Virus record (IMG/VR): IMGVR_UViG_3300045988_050620
Coordinates: 1-39,387 of that record
Direction: 5' to 3' (one strand)
DNA length: 39,387 nucleotides
Origin: a virus
Positions 8,018 through 16,370 of this stretch are shown here, piece by piece (position 1 is the stretch's first letter; every line of letters starts with the position of its first letter). A program made the translations under genes and the position numbers. Under the pieces are notes generated by a model that was not told the origin of the DNA, ran no database searches, and saw only the letters and a program-made list of their open reading frames with translations.

Positions 8018-8738
8018 AAGCAGTTTTGTCATGTATACGAAATATCTCCGGAATATTAAGAAACTTACGTTGGAGCAAAGAGGACTGCTATTTACAGCAA
8101 TATTAAGCTATGCATCCGATCAGGAAATACCAGAGTTGGACGCTGCTACTGATATGGCATTCAGTTTTATCCAAGAACAGATGGACCGAGATCATGAGGT
8201 ATATTTGGAGAAGTGCAGGAAACGTAGTGAAGCCGGTAAGCTTGGCGGCAGACCGAAAGCAAATGCTTCTGGCGAAAACCAAGTAAAAGCAAAAAAAGCA
8301 AATGGTTTTTCTGAAAAGCAAAATAACCCTGATACTGATAATGAACCTGATAGTGATAATGATACTGATAAAAAAATAAATACTTTGGCGGATGCCAAAG
8401 CAATGTTTGAACGTCTGTGGAAACTGTATCCGAACAAAAAAGGCAAAGGACAGGTATCGGATACCCAAAAGAAGCGGCTACTCGCAATCGGGGAAGATAG
8501 GCTTGTTAAAGCGATTGATCGCTACAGTCTTGAATTGCAGAAGGACGCCGACTGGAGGAAAGCACAGTACGGGAGCACATTTTTTAACAGTGGCTATGTG
8601 GATTATTTGGATGAAAACTATGTACCGGGGAAGGAACAGAAGCCTGCGGGTGCAAAAAATCAATTCAATGATTTCGAACAGCGTGAATGTGATTATGCGG
8701 ATTTGGAAAGAACATTGCTCAATACACCGATCCGGTAG
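8007..8738 (+). CDS. Replication initiation/organiser protein (DnaD-like C-terminal region)
   Basis: The N-terminal FVMYTKYLRNIKKLTLEQRGLLFTAIL and the C-terminal FERLWKLYPNKKGKG...FFNSGYVDYL are typical of phage DnaD-like replication proteins. An acidic repeat linker lies in the middle. Confidence 0.65.
   Translation: MMDKSSFVMYTKYLRNIKKLTLEQRGLLFTAILSYASDQEIPELDAATDMAFSFIQEQMDRDHEVYLEKCRKRSEAGKLGGRPKANASGENQVKAKKANGFSEKQNNPDTDNEPDSDNDTDKKINTLADAKAMFERLWKLYPNKKGKGQVSDTQKKRLLAIGEDRLVKAIDRYSLELQKDADWRKAQYGSTFFNSGYVDYLDENYVPGKEQKPAGAKNQFNDFEQRECDYADLERTLLNTPIR
8328..8375 (+). repeat. Tandem 18-bp repeats (CCTGATAsTGATAATGAw x2 plus a partial copy) followed by an A-run, inside the replication gene
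   Basis: CCTGATACTGATAATGAA, then CCTGATAGTGATAATGAT, then ACTGATAAAAAAATAAATA. Confidence 0.45.
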
Positions 8739-8854
8739 GTTGAAACACCGCCCGTAAGGGAAAAGAAACTTTGCAAGTGCGGAATTATAGTTATCACAGG
8801 CCATGATCTTAACTTGCCAACATCGGGGCGGCAATCGCCCCACCATCCAGAGAG

Positions 8855-9109
8855 GTGAGAGAAATACATAGAACCAGCAAAGAAAAGCGCCTTTTGCGCG
8901 AAAACATAAAACTGATCGGAGAAATCAACAGTTTTGAGGATTCTAAACCAGAACATATGAATACAGAAGCCTACAAGAAATTTAAGCGGCCAGCCACATA
9001 TTATGGCAGCGGAAGAATCTGTGATTATGGCAGCAAGGACAAACCTTGTGATCCGGGATGCAGATTCTGGAATACCTGCATAAAAGGGCGGCACAGAGAG
9101 GAGAAGTAA
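8855..9109 (+). CDS. Hypothetical Cys-containing protein
   Basis: The stop overlaps the next start (TAATG coupling). The start codon is uncertain (GTG 8855). Confidence 0.45.
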   Translation: MREIHRTSKEKRLLRENIKLIGEINSFEDSKPEHMNTEAYKKFKRPATYYGSGRICDYGSKDKPCDPGCRFWNTCIKGRHREEK

Positions 9110-9657
9110 TGCACGGAGTAAAGAGTTGTCCGGAGGCTCGCTTGAAGGCCATTGGAGATAGAGTGTTTTGCGAAACATTCAAGTCCTTGCAGTTGTTGGG
9201 TTTTACAGTACTTTACTACGACTTCGGCATGGAAACAGATGCGCTTACAGATTTTAACAACCGGATGCATGAGAAGAACGCGGAATTGCTTGACAGTGCG
9301 GATCGCTATGATGCTGCTGTTGAGAAAATTGACAAGCGATGGAACTGCATCTTAAGCCGGAAGATTATGGAGTTTCCATACCGGCAAAGAGTAAAGATGA
9401 TGGGCGGACTGCCAAAGGGAAAAGTTGGATTGCAGTCGTTCAATATGGCGAATATGCAATCATATAGCGCGATTGAATCATTCCTGGTACTGACCTTTTC
9501 AGTGCTTATGGAAAAGAATAAGCGCTTTGGAAAAACACAAATGGACTTGTTTTGGGCGAATCTTAAGGCAAATTCAGAGAATTACGCTAAGGGAATGACG
9601 GATCAGTTCATTGTTGAGTATTTTCAAGATCAGTTGAATTTGCAGTTGAATGGATAG
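9109..9657 (+). CDS. Hypothetical protein
   Basis: ATG follows GAGAGGAGAAG. 182 aa with no recognisable domain. Confidence 0.75.
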   Translation: MHGVKSCPEARLKAIGDRVFCETFKSLQLLGFTVLYYDFGMETDALTDFNNRMHEKNAELLDSADRYDAAVEKIDKRWNCILSRKIMEFPYRQRVKMMGGLPKGKVGLQSFNMANMQSYSAIESFLVLTFSVLMEKNKRFGKTQMDLFWANLKANSENYAKGMTDQFIVEYFQDQLNLQLNG

Positions 9658-9667
9658 GAGGAACAGC

Positions 9668-9931
9668 ATGGGAGACGTAGTTAAGCACATATCGAAAGAT
9701 GATTTGTGTCCGTTTTGTAAAAAGCGAAAGGCAACATTGCTGTGTGATATGCCACATAGCACCGTTGTTACACATGCAAGATGTAGTGGATTTAAAAGCT
9801 ATATCATGACATGTGACAAGAAAATCTGCACAGAATGCACCACAAGGGTGAATGGGTTTGATTTCTGCCCAGATTGCATGAAAGTAATTAAGTCAGCCCC
9901 ACAAGGTGTGAAAGAAAGCGAGAGATGCTAA
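9668..9931 (+). CDS. Cys-rich zinc-finger-like protein
   Basis: RBS GGATAGGAGG. The protein has CPFC...CDKKICTEC...CPDC. Confidence 0.7.
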   Translation: MGDVVKHISKDDLCPFCKKRKATLLCDMPHSTVVTHARCSGFKSYIMTCDKKICTECTTRVNGFDFCPDCMKVIKSAPQGVKESERC

Positions 9932-10524
9932 TGTACATGAACGTGATTAAAAGTCTTTGTTCGCTTCCAGCTACAGACGGAAATTTTACATCAGTGCTGA
10001 AAACAGCAACATCGAATCAAATTCGTTTAGCAATCGAGACGATGGAGCACAACGGTGGCAAGAATAAAGGCAGAATTAAAGCCTGTGAAAGAGAACTGGA
10101 ATATAGAAGACTTACGAAAAAAGATAAGCATGGAAAGTATGTCTCTAAGGAGTATTTAAGCATTCTTTGTAATACATTTTCATCGGAGCATAGATTCAGA
10201 GCCATTCTGAACAAGCTTGGGGAATACGAAGATGCTGAACGGCAGGGATTGATTTTACAGTTACCATGCAAGGAAGTGAACGGAATGAATAACAAGTGGA
10301 TTCCGGTAACGGAGAGACTGCCGGAAGATGGAATTGATGTTCTTGTCTGGTTCGAATATTTCAGATATGGAGATTATAATAGGCTGTTTCGAAAAATTGG
10401 AATATCTTACACGTACAATGGCGAATGGTCTGGATTTGTAAATGGACAAAGTGGGTGGAGACAATTAAAAGTAATTGCTTGGATGCCACTGCCAGAGCCG
10501 TACGAGGAAAGAGAGGATGCGTAG
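9925..10524 (+). CDS. DUF551-domain protein
   Basis: The C-terminal KWIPVTERLPEDGIDVLVW...VIAWMPLPEPY is the DUF551 signature. Confidence 0.8.
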   Translation: MLMYMNVIKSLCSLPATDGNFTSVLKTATSNQIRLAIETMEHNGGKNKGRIKACERELEYRRLTKKDKHGKYVSKEYLSILCNTFSSEHRFRAILNKLGEYEDAERQGLILQLPCKEVNGMNNKWIPVTERLPEDGIDVLVWFEYFRYGDYNRLFRKIGISYTYNGEWSGFVNGQSGWRQLKVIAWMPLPEPYEEREDA

Positions 10525-10526
10525 AA

Positions 10527-10652
10527 ATGGGAGTTTTGCTTGCATTATCAACCTTATTTATATGGGGTCGGCTGGTTAATATTGATTGCGACCTAAAAGA
10601 TATCAGCGAAGAACTGAAAAAGATGAACGAAAGGAGAAATGATGGAAGATAG
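10527..10652 (+). CDS. Possible 41-aa membrane peptide
   Basis: ATG lies 2 nt after the upstream stop. It has a hydrophobic N-terminus (GVLLALSTLFIW). Short, so uncertain. Confidence 0.35.
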   Translation: MGVLLALSTLFIWGRLVNIDCDLKDISEELKKMNERRNDGR

Positions 10653-11106
10653 ATACTTATTCCGCGGAAAGCGGATCGATAACGGAGAATGGGTGCAAGG
10701 GCATCTCATAACTGATGAGCAGGACGAGAAGAAGTGTTTTATTGCTTATATTTTCGGAACAGACGAGGATGGGCAACCGCATGATATTGATTCCGCGTTA
10801 ATAGAGCCATCAACCATCTGCCAGTGCACCGGACTTAAGGACAAGAATGGCAAGCTGATTTGGGAGAATGATATTGTAAAAGACTTATTTAGTGATGTTT
10901 GCGCGCAAATCAAATACGGCAGTTACCAGAACTGCTTTGATAGCACCAAAACTGAACACGTTGGATTTTATGTAGGCTGGTCAGACAAGTACACTGGAAG
11001 ATACAGAAAAGATTTAGGTTATTGGATAAATATGGTTGATGCAGAAGTTATCGGCAATACGTTTGACAACCCGGAGTTGTTGGAGGGGGGTGAAGAGGAT
11101 GCCTAA
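10639..11106 (+). CDS. YopX-family protein
   Basis: FRGKRIDNGEWVQGHL...ICQCTGLKDKNGKLIWENDIV is the canonical YopX pattern. Confidence 0.88.
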   Translation: MMEDRYLFRGKRIDNGEWVQGHLITDEQDEKKCFIAYIFGTDEDGQPHDIDSALIEPSTICQCTGLKDKNGKLIWENDIVKDLFSDVCAQIKYGSYQNCFDSTKTEHVGFYVGWSDKYTGRYRKDLGYWINMVDAEVIGNTFDNPELLEGGEEDA

Positions 11107-11290
11107 ATGGAATGCAAGTGTAGGATTACAACTTTCGATTGACTATGAAGATATAGAGGCAGACACAGAAGCAGAAGCTATCCAAATCGCGAAAGACAGA
11201 GCATTGGAAGATATTGATTATAACAACTGTGAGTGCGATACTTCCAATCCAATCGTATATTGCTGTTACAAGGAGGATTCGGATGAGTAG
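11099..11290 (+). CDS. Small acidic hypothetical protein
   Basis: ATGCCTAA overlap with the YopX stop. 63 aa, D/E-rich. Confidence 0.6.
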   Translation: MPKWNASVGLQLSIDYEDIEADTEAEAIQIAKDRALEDIDYNNCECDTSNPIVYCCYKEDSDE

Positions 11291-11996
11291 AGAATTACCA
11301 ATTTTATTCAACACCGAAATGGTTCGGGCGATTCTGGACGGAAGAAAGAGCTGCACAAGAAGAATCATTAAACCACAGCCACAAAGCAGATTATGCTATA
11401 CATTCGCAGGGAGTAACTGTGGCACATGGGGATATCCAAGTAAAACAGCGCATGAAAGTTGGGGAGATGAATACAGACTTCCAGATGGTATCACGGACGA
11501 AGAATTACAAAGAAGATGGAAACCGCCATATCGCGTAGATGATATTCTTTATGTCCGGGAAACATGGTACAAGGACAAATACAGATATATGTACCGTGCA
11601 AATTATTCCGATAGCGAAAAATTTTATCGCGATGGGAAAGAGGTAAAAATAAAGTGGCACCCATCCATCCATATGCCTAAAGAAGCAGCACGAATCTGGT
11701 TAAAGGTAACGGATGTGAGGGTGGAGCGGTTGCAGGAGATGAAGCCGGTTGATGTGATAAAAGAGGGAGCTTATCCTGATTGTTGGGATTGTCTTAATAC
11801 ATACGGAGAAAGCGGTTCGCAGTGCTGTTATGGGACAGAAGAACAGTGCAGTCAATGTGATGAAGTGATGATGGAATGGGAAAAACTTTGGAACTCCACC
11901 ATCAAAAAATCTGGCCTTGACCGTTACGGCTGGGATGCATCACCGTGGGTGTGGGTGATTGAATTTGAACGATGCGAGAAGCCGGAAGGAGTGTGA
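11283..11996 (+). CDS. ASCH/PUA-like phage protein (putative)
   Basis: N-terminal ILFNTEMVRAILDGRKSCTRRI motif. The start overlaps the upstream stop. Confidence 0.7.
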   Translation: MSRELPILFNTEMVRAILDGRKSCTRRIIKPQPQSRLCYTFAGSNCGTWGYPSKTAHESWGDEYRLPDGITDEELQRRWKPPYRVDDILYVRETWYKDKYRYMYRANYSDSEKFYRDGKEVKIKWHPSIHMPKEAARIWLKVTDVRVERLQEMKPVDVIKEGAYPDCWDCLNTYGESGSQCCYGTEEQCSQCDEVMMEWEKLWNSTIKKSGLDRYGWDASPWVWVIEFERCEKPEGV

Positions 11997-11999
11997 GGT

Positions 12000-12293
12000 A
12001 TGACTGAACTTGAATGGAAAGAAGTCGAACCAGAGCAGGAAGACTGGAAGAAACAAATTGATGTAGTTGCCTATTACGGAGATCTCGTCATAGGAAGCAT
12101 TGTATATTGTGGTGAAGAAATTGGATGGCAGTCTGTCATTGATGGGCACATGGATTTTTTACAGGCAGAATCTCTGGAAGATGCGAAAGAAGAAATGATT
12201 GATGCGTTAGATAATCATTTCACAGACCAAATCAATTATTACAAAGAATTGCAGGAAAGCCTTGACGAATTAAGGGGGAATGAAAATGCCTAA
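12000..12293 (+). CDS. Acidic hypothetical protein
   Basis: 97 aa, strongly D/E-rich, tightly packed between neighbours. Confidence 0.7.
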   Translation: MTELEWKEVEPEQEDWKKQIDVVAYYGDLVIGSIVYCGEEIGWQSVIDGHMDFLQAESLEDAKEEMIDALDNHFTDQINYYKELQESLDELRGNENA

Positions 12294-12573
12294 AGCAGTA
12301 TTGGTAATGGATATGCCGGAACAGGTATGCCAGAAATGTGCATTGTGCTATGAGACAGAGAATGATGACGAATATCTGTGCTGTGCGGTAGGAAAACTTT
12401 TACCAGATGGAGAGAAGCCGGAGTGGTGTCCGCTCCGAGAATTGCCGGAGAGGAAAGAAACTCATACGGTGTTAGAGCTACATTCTAACGGTCGATGGAC
12501 AGAAGGCATGAAGGCTGGCTTTAATGCCTGCTTGGATGAAATTTTAAAAACAGATGGAATGAGAAAGGAGTAA
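12280..12573 (+). CDS. Cys-rich hypothetical protein
   Basis: CQKCALC...CCAVG...WCP pattern. ATG 12286 has better spacing from AAGGGGG. Confidence 0.7.
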   Translation: MKMPKAVLVMDMPEQVCQKCALCYETENDDEYLCCAVGKLLPDGEKPEWCPLRELPERKETHTVLELHSNGRWTEGMKAGFNACLDEILKTDGMRKE

Positions 12574-12711
12574 TGACAGAAGCCTTGGTAGACCAAGGTT
12601 GACCGCCTAAAGGTGAAGAAAGGCGAGAACAAAAGGAATTTAATTAGCGGTGTCGTATGGCACTATTGGGAGCCGTAATTCCTTATCCACGGACACAGAG
12701 CAATCTGTTAA

Positions 12712-13458
12712 GTGGTTGTCATGAAAAGATTAAAAGTATGTTGGGTAAGTGCAGGAATATCAAGCTTTATGGCTGGATATTTAGCAGGGAATGTTGATGA
12801 ATGGATTTACATTGACATTGCAGACCAACACGAGGACAGTATCAGATTCATCAAAGATTGTGAGAAAGCAATCGGAAAGGAAATACAGATACTGAAATCA
12901 AGCGAGTACAGATGCGTAGAGGATTGCGTGAGGACGTTCGGAGGATTTAGAAATCCGGCAAACGGGTTTGCGCCTTGCACGAACTGGCTCAAAAAGAGAG
13001 TGAGAAAAGAGTGGGAAGAGCAGCATAAGGATTGTGAATTGACCTACGTCTGGGGATTCGACCTTAAGGAAAAGAACCGAGCAGAGAGGACGATTGAAGC
13101 GAATCCGCAAGCGGCACATGAATTTCCACTGATTGACAGAAACCTTTCAAAACAAGAGGTACATGGATTGTTTGAGCGGACTTTTGATTTTGCCCGACCT
13201 TTGATGTATGACCTTGGATATCCGAACAACAACTGCATCGGATGCGTCAAGGGCGGTATGGGATATTGGAATCGAATCAGAAAAGATTTCCCAGAGGTAT
13301 TCGAAAGTCGGGCGAAGTTGGAAAGAGAAGTCGGGCACTCCATGTTGAAAGACAAAAACGGACCGGTATATCTGGATGAATTAGACCCGAACAGGGGAGA
13401 TATGAATACAGAGATTATGCCGGATTGTGGAATTATGTGTTATTTGAGTTTGAAATGA
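12712..13458 (+). CDS. PP-loop / PAPS-reductase-like (adenine nucleotide alpha-hydrolase) protein
   Basis: N-terminal VCWVSAGISS (PP-loop-like), CTNWLKKR, and C-terminal NNCIGCVKGG cysteine pair. The likely start is ATG 12721. No good SD. Confidence 0.75.
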   Translation: MVVMKRLKVCWVSAGISSFMAGYLAGNVDEWIYIDIADQHEDSIRFIKDCEKAIGKEIQILKSSEYRCVEDCVRTFGGFRNPANGFAPCTNWLKKRVRKEWEEQHKDCELTYVWGFDLKEKNRAERTIEANPQAAHEFPLIDRNLSKQEVHGLFERTFDFARPLMYDLGYPNNNCIGCVKGGMGYWNRIRKDFPEVFESRAKLEREVGHSMLKDKNGPVYLDELDPNRGDMNTEIMPDCGIMCYLSLK

Positions 13459-13473
13459 AAGAAGGAGTGAAAT

Positions 13474-13689
13474 ATGGTTAGACTAGATGGAACTAAAAGT
13501 GCAAAAGTAATCCAGGTAATTGAGACAAAAGCAAAAAGAGGACTTGGAACAGAAAAAGACCCAGTACGTGATGTTGTTCAGTACTGGGATCTTGAAGGAA
13601 ATTTTCTTGCTGAAATGGATACACAACTTTGTCTTTCTGCGATTGAACACGAGGCAAAGGCGGTAGAAGGATCTATTTTGGCTCCATAG
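13474..13689 (+). CDS. Hypothetical 71-aa protein
   Basis: RBS AAGGAGTG. Converges on the next gene and overlaps it by 17 nt. Confidence 0.65.
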   Translation: MVRLDGTKSAKVIQVIETKAKRGLGTEKDPVRDVVQYWDLEGNFLAEMDTQLCLSAIEHEAKAVEGSILAP

Positions 13690-14374
13690 TTGCTGCATCT
13701 TCTGTAATCAGAATCATGCTAATGAAGTAAACGGTTGCTTGGATGAATGATTTCATATCACTCACATCTCGGTCTTCTTGCTTCCGGATATAGTGAGCTT
13801 CGTCATTGCCTATCCAAGCAGACCGAGTAGCTAATGTTTTTATATTAGGAGAATCAATAAAGTTTTTGATACAAGCTGCAAGTGGCATAGATTTGATTTT
13901 TTCTTCGGCATCCGGATTTTCATGTATTGCAAAATCTTTTATTAGGAATTCAAGGGATTTCCTGTAACCAAGACCTGCAATTTCATCAAGACCGGATGCT
14001 TCAGCAGCAAGAGCTTGATTATATATTTTGTCAAATAGAGGTGAAAGTTCAATGATATTTTTGTCAAAAACTGTTTTAGCAAATTTTATTGGCTCAACAT
14101 AACGAAATATAGCTGAGTTATAGATAATAGCATTGTTGTATAAAGATGCATTTGAAATCCAATAGTGAGCAAAAAATGGAGAAACACAGTCTCTACAAAA
14201 ATAAACAACACTAGCGCATGTAACTGAATCATCTAACTTATAAACACATGCAAAAAGTGGAATAGGAGCAAAAGATTTGTGGCACAAAGGACATTCGGTG
14301 ATATCTTTATCATCAACTTTGATTGTACAATTTTTTGAATCAATCATATTTTTGGCATCTATAGAACGTAACAT
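13673..14374 (-). CDS. Zn-ribbon-like N-terminus plus DUF4145-like C-terminal domain protein (reverse-oriented accessory gene)
   Basis: ATG 14374 lies 7 nt after AAAAGGAGGG. CPLC...CRDC in the N-terminus. The C-terminal YNQALAAEASGLDEIAGLGYRKSLEFLIKD...TRSAWIGNDEAHY fits the DUF4145 pattern. AT-rich. Confidence 0.8.
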   Translation of the reverse strand: MLRSIDAKNMIDSKNCTIKVDDKDITECPLCHKSFAPIPLFACVYKLDDSVTCASVVYFCRDCVSPFFAHYWISNASLYNNAIIYNSAIFRYVEPIKFAKTVFDKNIIELSPLFDKIYNQALAAEASGLDEIAGLGYRKSLEFLIKDFAIHENPDAEEKIKSMPLAACIKNFIDSPNIKTLATRSAWIGNDEAHYIRKQEDRDVSDMKSFIQATVYFISMILITEDAATMEPK

Positions 14375-14396
14375 AAAAACCCTCCTTTTTGACAAT

Positions 14397-14425
14397 ATTT
14401 TACAACAGTCATAAGAAAATAACAA
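14397..14425 (-). promoter_or_regulatory. Putative own promoter of the DUF4145 gene
   Basis: On the minus strand: TTGTTA, 17 nt spacer, TAAAAT. It lies about 20 nt upstream of the RBS. Confidence 0.45.
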
Positions 14426-14486
14426 TAAAAAGAAAGGAGCCGGAACCTATCCGGATAAAAGGCGCGCCAGGTTCCTTTCGGAGAAA

Positions 14487-14765
14487 ATGAAGAATAGTGA
14501 ATTAAAAGAATATGTAAACAGTTTTCCGGATGATGCACCAGTAAGTATCGTATGTGCAAATCCAAAAAAGAGAAAGGTATACGAGCCAAAAACAGTCATA
14601 ATAATGACAGATGAAGAATTTACTTATCCGGCATTTGTAATTGAAATTAAAAATGAGAGAAATATGACGGACGAAGAAAGAGCAATGTGCGAAGAATGTG
14701 AGCGAGATGCGGATGATCTGGAAGGACAGATGCAGATCGAGGACTTCCTGGAGGTGATGCCATGA
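14487..14765 (+). CDS. Hypothetical protein with an acidic C-terminus
   Basis: RBS GGAGAA. The stop overlaps the methyltransferase start (ATGA). Confidence 0.7.
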   Translation: MKNSELKEYVNSFPDDAPVSIVCANPKKRKVYEPKTVIIMTDEEFTYPAFVIEIKNERNMTDEERAMCEECERDADDLEGQMQIEDFLEVMP

Positions 14766-16360
14766 TTAACGGAGAATTGATAGTAGACAACTTCGCCGGT
14801 GGCGGTGGAGCTTCTACCGGGATAGAACTGGCAACCGGATATAGTGTGGATATTGCGATCAACCACGATCCAGAAGCCGTCCGGATGCATAAAGTAAACC
14901 ACCCGAACACAAAGCACTACTGCGAAAACGTTTGGGCGGTCGACCCGGTAAAAGCCTGCAAGGGACATCCTGTAGCACTTGCATGGTTCTCACCGGACTG
15001 CAAGCACTTTTCAAAGGCGAAAGGCGGAAAGCCAAAGGATAAAAACATTCGTGGTCTTGCATGGGTAGCCTGCCGGTGGGCGGGACTGGTGAGACCGAGA
15101 GTGATCATGTTGGAAAACGTAGAAGAATTTAAAACATGGGGACCATTAAACAGACGGCATCATCCTATTAAGCATAAACAAGGGAAGACATTTGAGCGGT
15201 TTGTGCAGCAACTTCGGGAGCTTGGCTATGAAGTAGAGTTCCGTGAGCTGATTGCTGCGGATTACGGAGCGCCAACCATGCGGAAAAGATTTTTTATGAT
15301 CGCTAGATGTGATGGCAAACCTATTGTCTGGCCGGAACCAACACACGCCCCTGCGGATAGCGAAGCGGTAAAAGCTGGACTGTTAAAGCCATATGTTGGA
15401 GCGTACACACAGATTGATTTCAGCCGGCCATGTCCGAGCATTTTTGACACATCGGAAGAAATAAAAGAAAAGTACGGCATCCGGGCGGTTCGTCCGCTAG
15501 CAAAGAAAACAATGGATCGGATTGCAAGGGGATTAAAAAAGTTCGTCCTTGATAATCCAGAACCATTTATAATCCAGTGCAACCACGGCGGTGAGCGCAG
15601 ACCGAACGACATCCGAGAGCCGATGCCTACAATCACCGGAAAGCATGGTTACGGGATTGTGGAGCCATACATGGTACAGATCGGGCAGACCGGGTTCGCA
15701 AAGGATCGGAGTAAGGATGTAAGGGAGCCCCTTACAACGATTGTGAGCAAGAATGAACATTGCCTTATCAGCCCAACTCTGATTCAATATCATTCCGAGA
15801 CGGCGCAGGGAGAAGTCAGAGGACAGACAATTAAAGATCCGATTATGACCGTGGATGGTTCGAACCGGTACGGATTGGTTACATCGTTTTTAAGTAAATT
15901 TTATAAGAGCGGCACCGGGCAGGATATGAGAGAACCATTACATACCATTACTACATCACCGGGGCATTTTGGGGAAGTCAGAGCGTTTTTGATTAAATAC
16001 TACGGCGATGCCACAGGACAGGATATAGAGCAACCACTTGATACGGTTACGACCAAAGACAGATTCGGACTTGTGACAATCGAGGGTGCGGATTACCAGA
16101 TCGTAGATATCGGGCTGAGAATGTTAGAACCGAAAGAGTTGTACGGATGCCAGGGATTTCCGGATGATTATATAATCGACCATGATTATACAGGGAAAAA
16201 GTATCCGAGAAGCGAACAGGTGCGCAGATGTGGCAATGCGGTGTGTCCGCCAATTCCTGCCGCGCTGGTAAAAGCAAATTTACCAGAGTTGTGCGTAGCA
16301 AAGCGCACAGGAAACATGAGGATTGCGCAGGAACAGACCGGACAGCTCCGGTTTGCGTAG
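14762..16360 (+). CDS. DNA (cytosine-5) methyltransferase, orphan, with an expanded repeat-containing variable region
   Basis: Motif I DNFAGGGG, motif IV FSPDCKHFS, motif VI MLENV, motif VIII APTMRKRFF, motif IX LEPKELYGCQGFPDDY, motif X CGNAVCPP. No restriction endonuclease gene is nearby. Confidence 0.92.
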   Translation: MINGELIVDNFAGGGGASTGIELATGYSVDIAINHDPEAVRMHKVNHPNTKHYCENVWAVDPVKACKGHPVALAWFSPDCKHFSKAKGGKPKDKNIRGLAWVACRWAGLVRPRVIMLENVEEFKTWGPLNRRHHPIKHKQGKTFERFVQQLRELGYEVEFRELIAADYGAPTMRKRFFMIARCDGKPIVWPEPTHAPADSEAVKAGLLKPYVGAYTQIDFSRPCPSIFDTSEEIKEKYGIRAVRPLAKKTMDRIARGLKKFVLDNPEPFIIQCNHGGERRPNDIREPMPTITGKHGYGIVEPYMVQIGQTGFAKDRSKDVREPLTTIVSKNEHCLISPTLIQYHSETAQGEVRGQTIKDPIMTVDGSNRYGLVTSFLSKFYKSGTGQDMREPLHTITTSPGHFGEVRAFLIKYYGDATGQDIEQPLDTVTTKDRFGLVTIEGADYQIVDIGLRMLEPKELYGCQGFPDDYIIDHDYTGKKYPRSEQVRRCGNAVCPPIPAALVKANLPELCVAKRTGNMRIAQEQTGQLRFA

Positions 16361-16370
16361 GAGATTAAAT

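Noticed and set aside
12604-12640. Possible preQ1-I riboswitch (5-bp stem followed by AGAACAAAAGGA) upstream of a PP-loop (QueC-like superfamily) gene.
   Set aside because: The hairpin loop (AAAGGUGAAGAA) has no cytosine to pair with preQ1. The A-rich tail is about 90 nt from the start codon rather than overlapping its SD.
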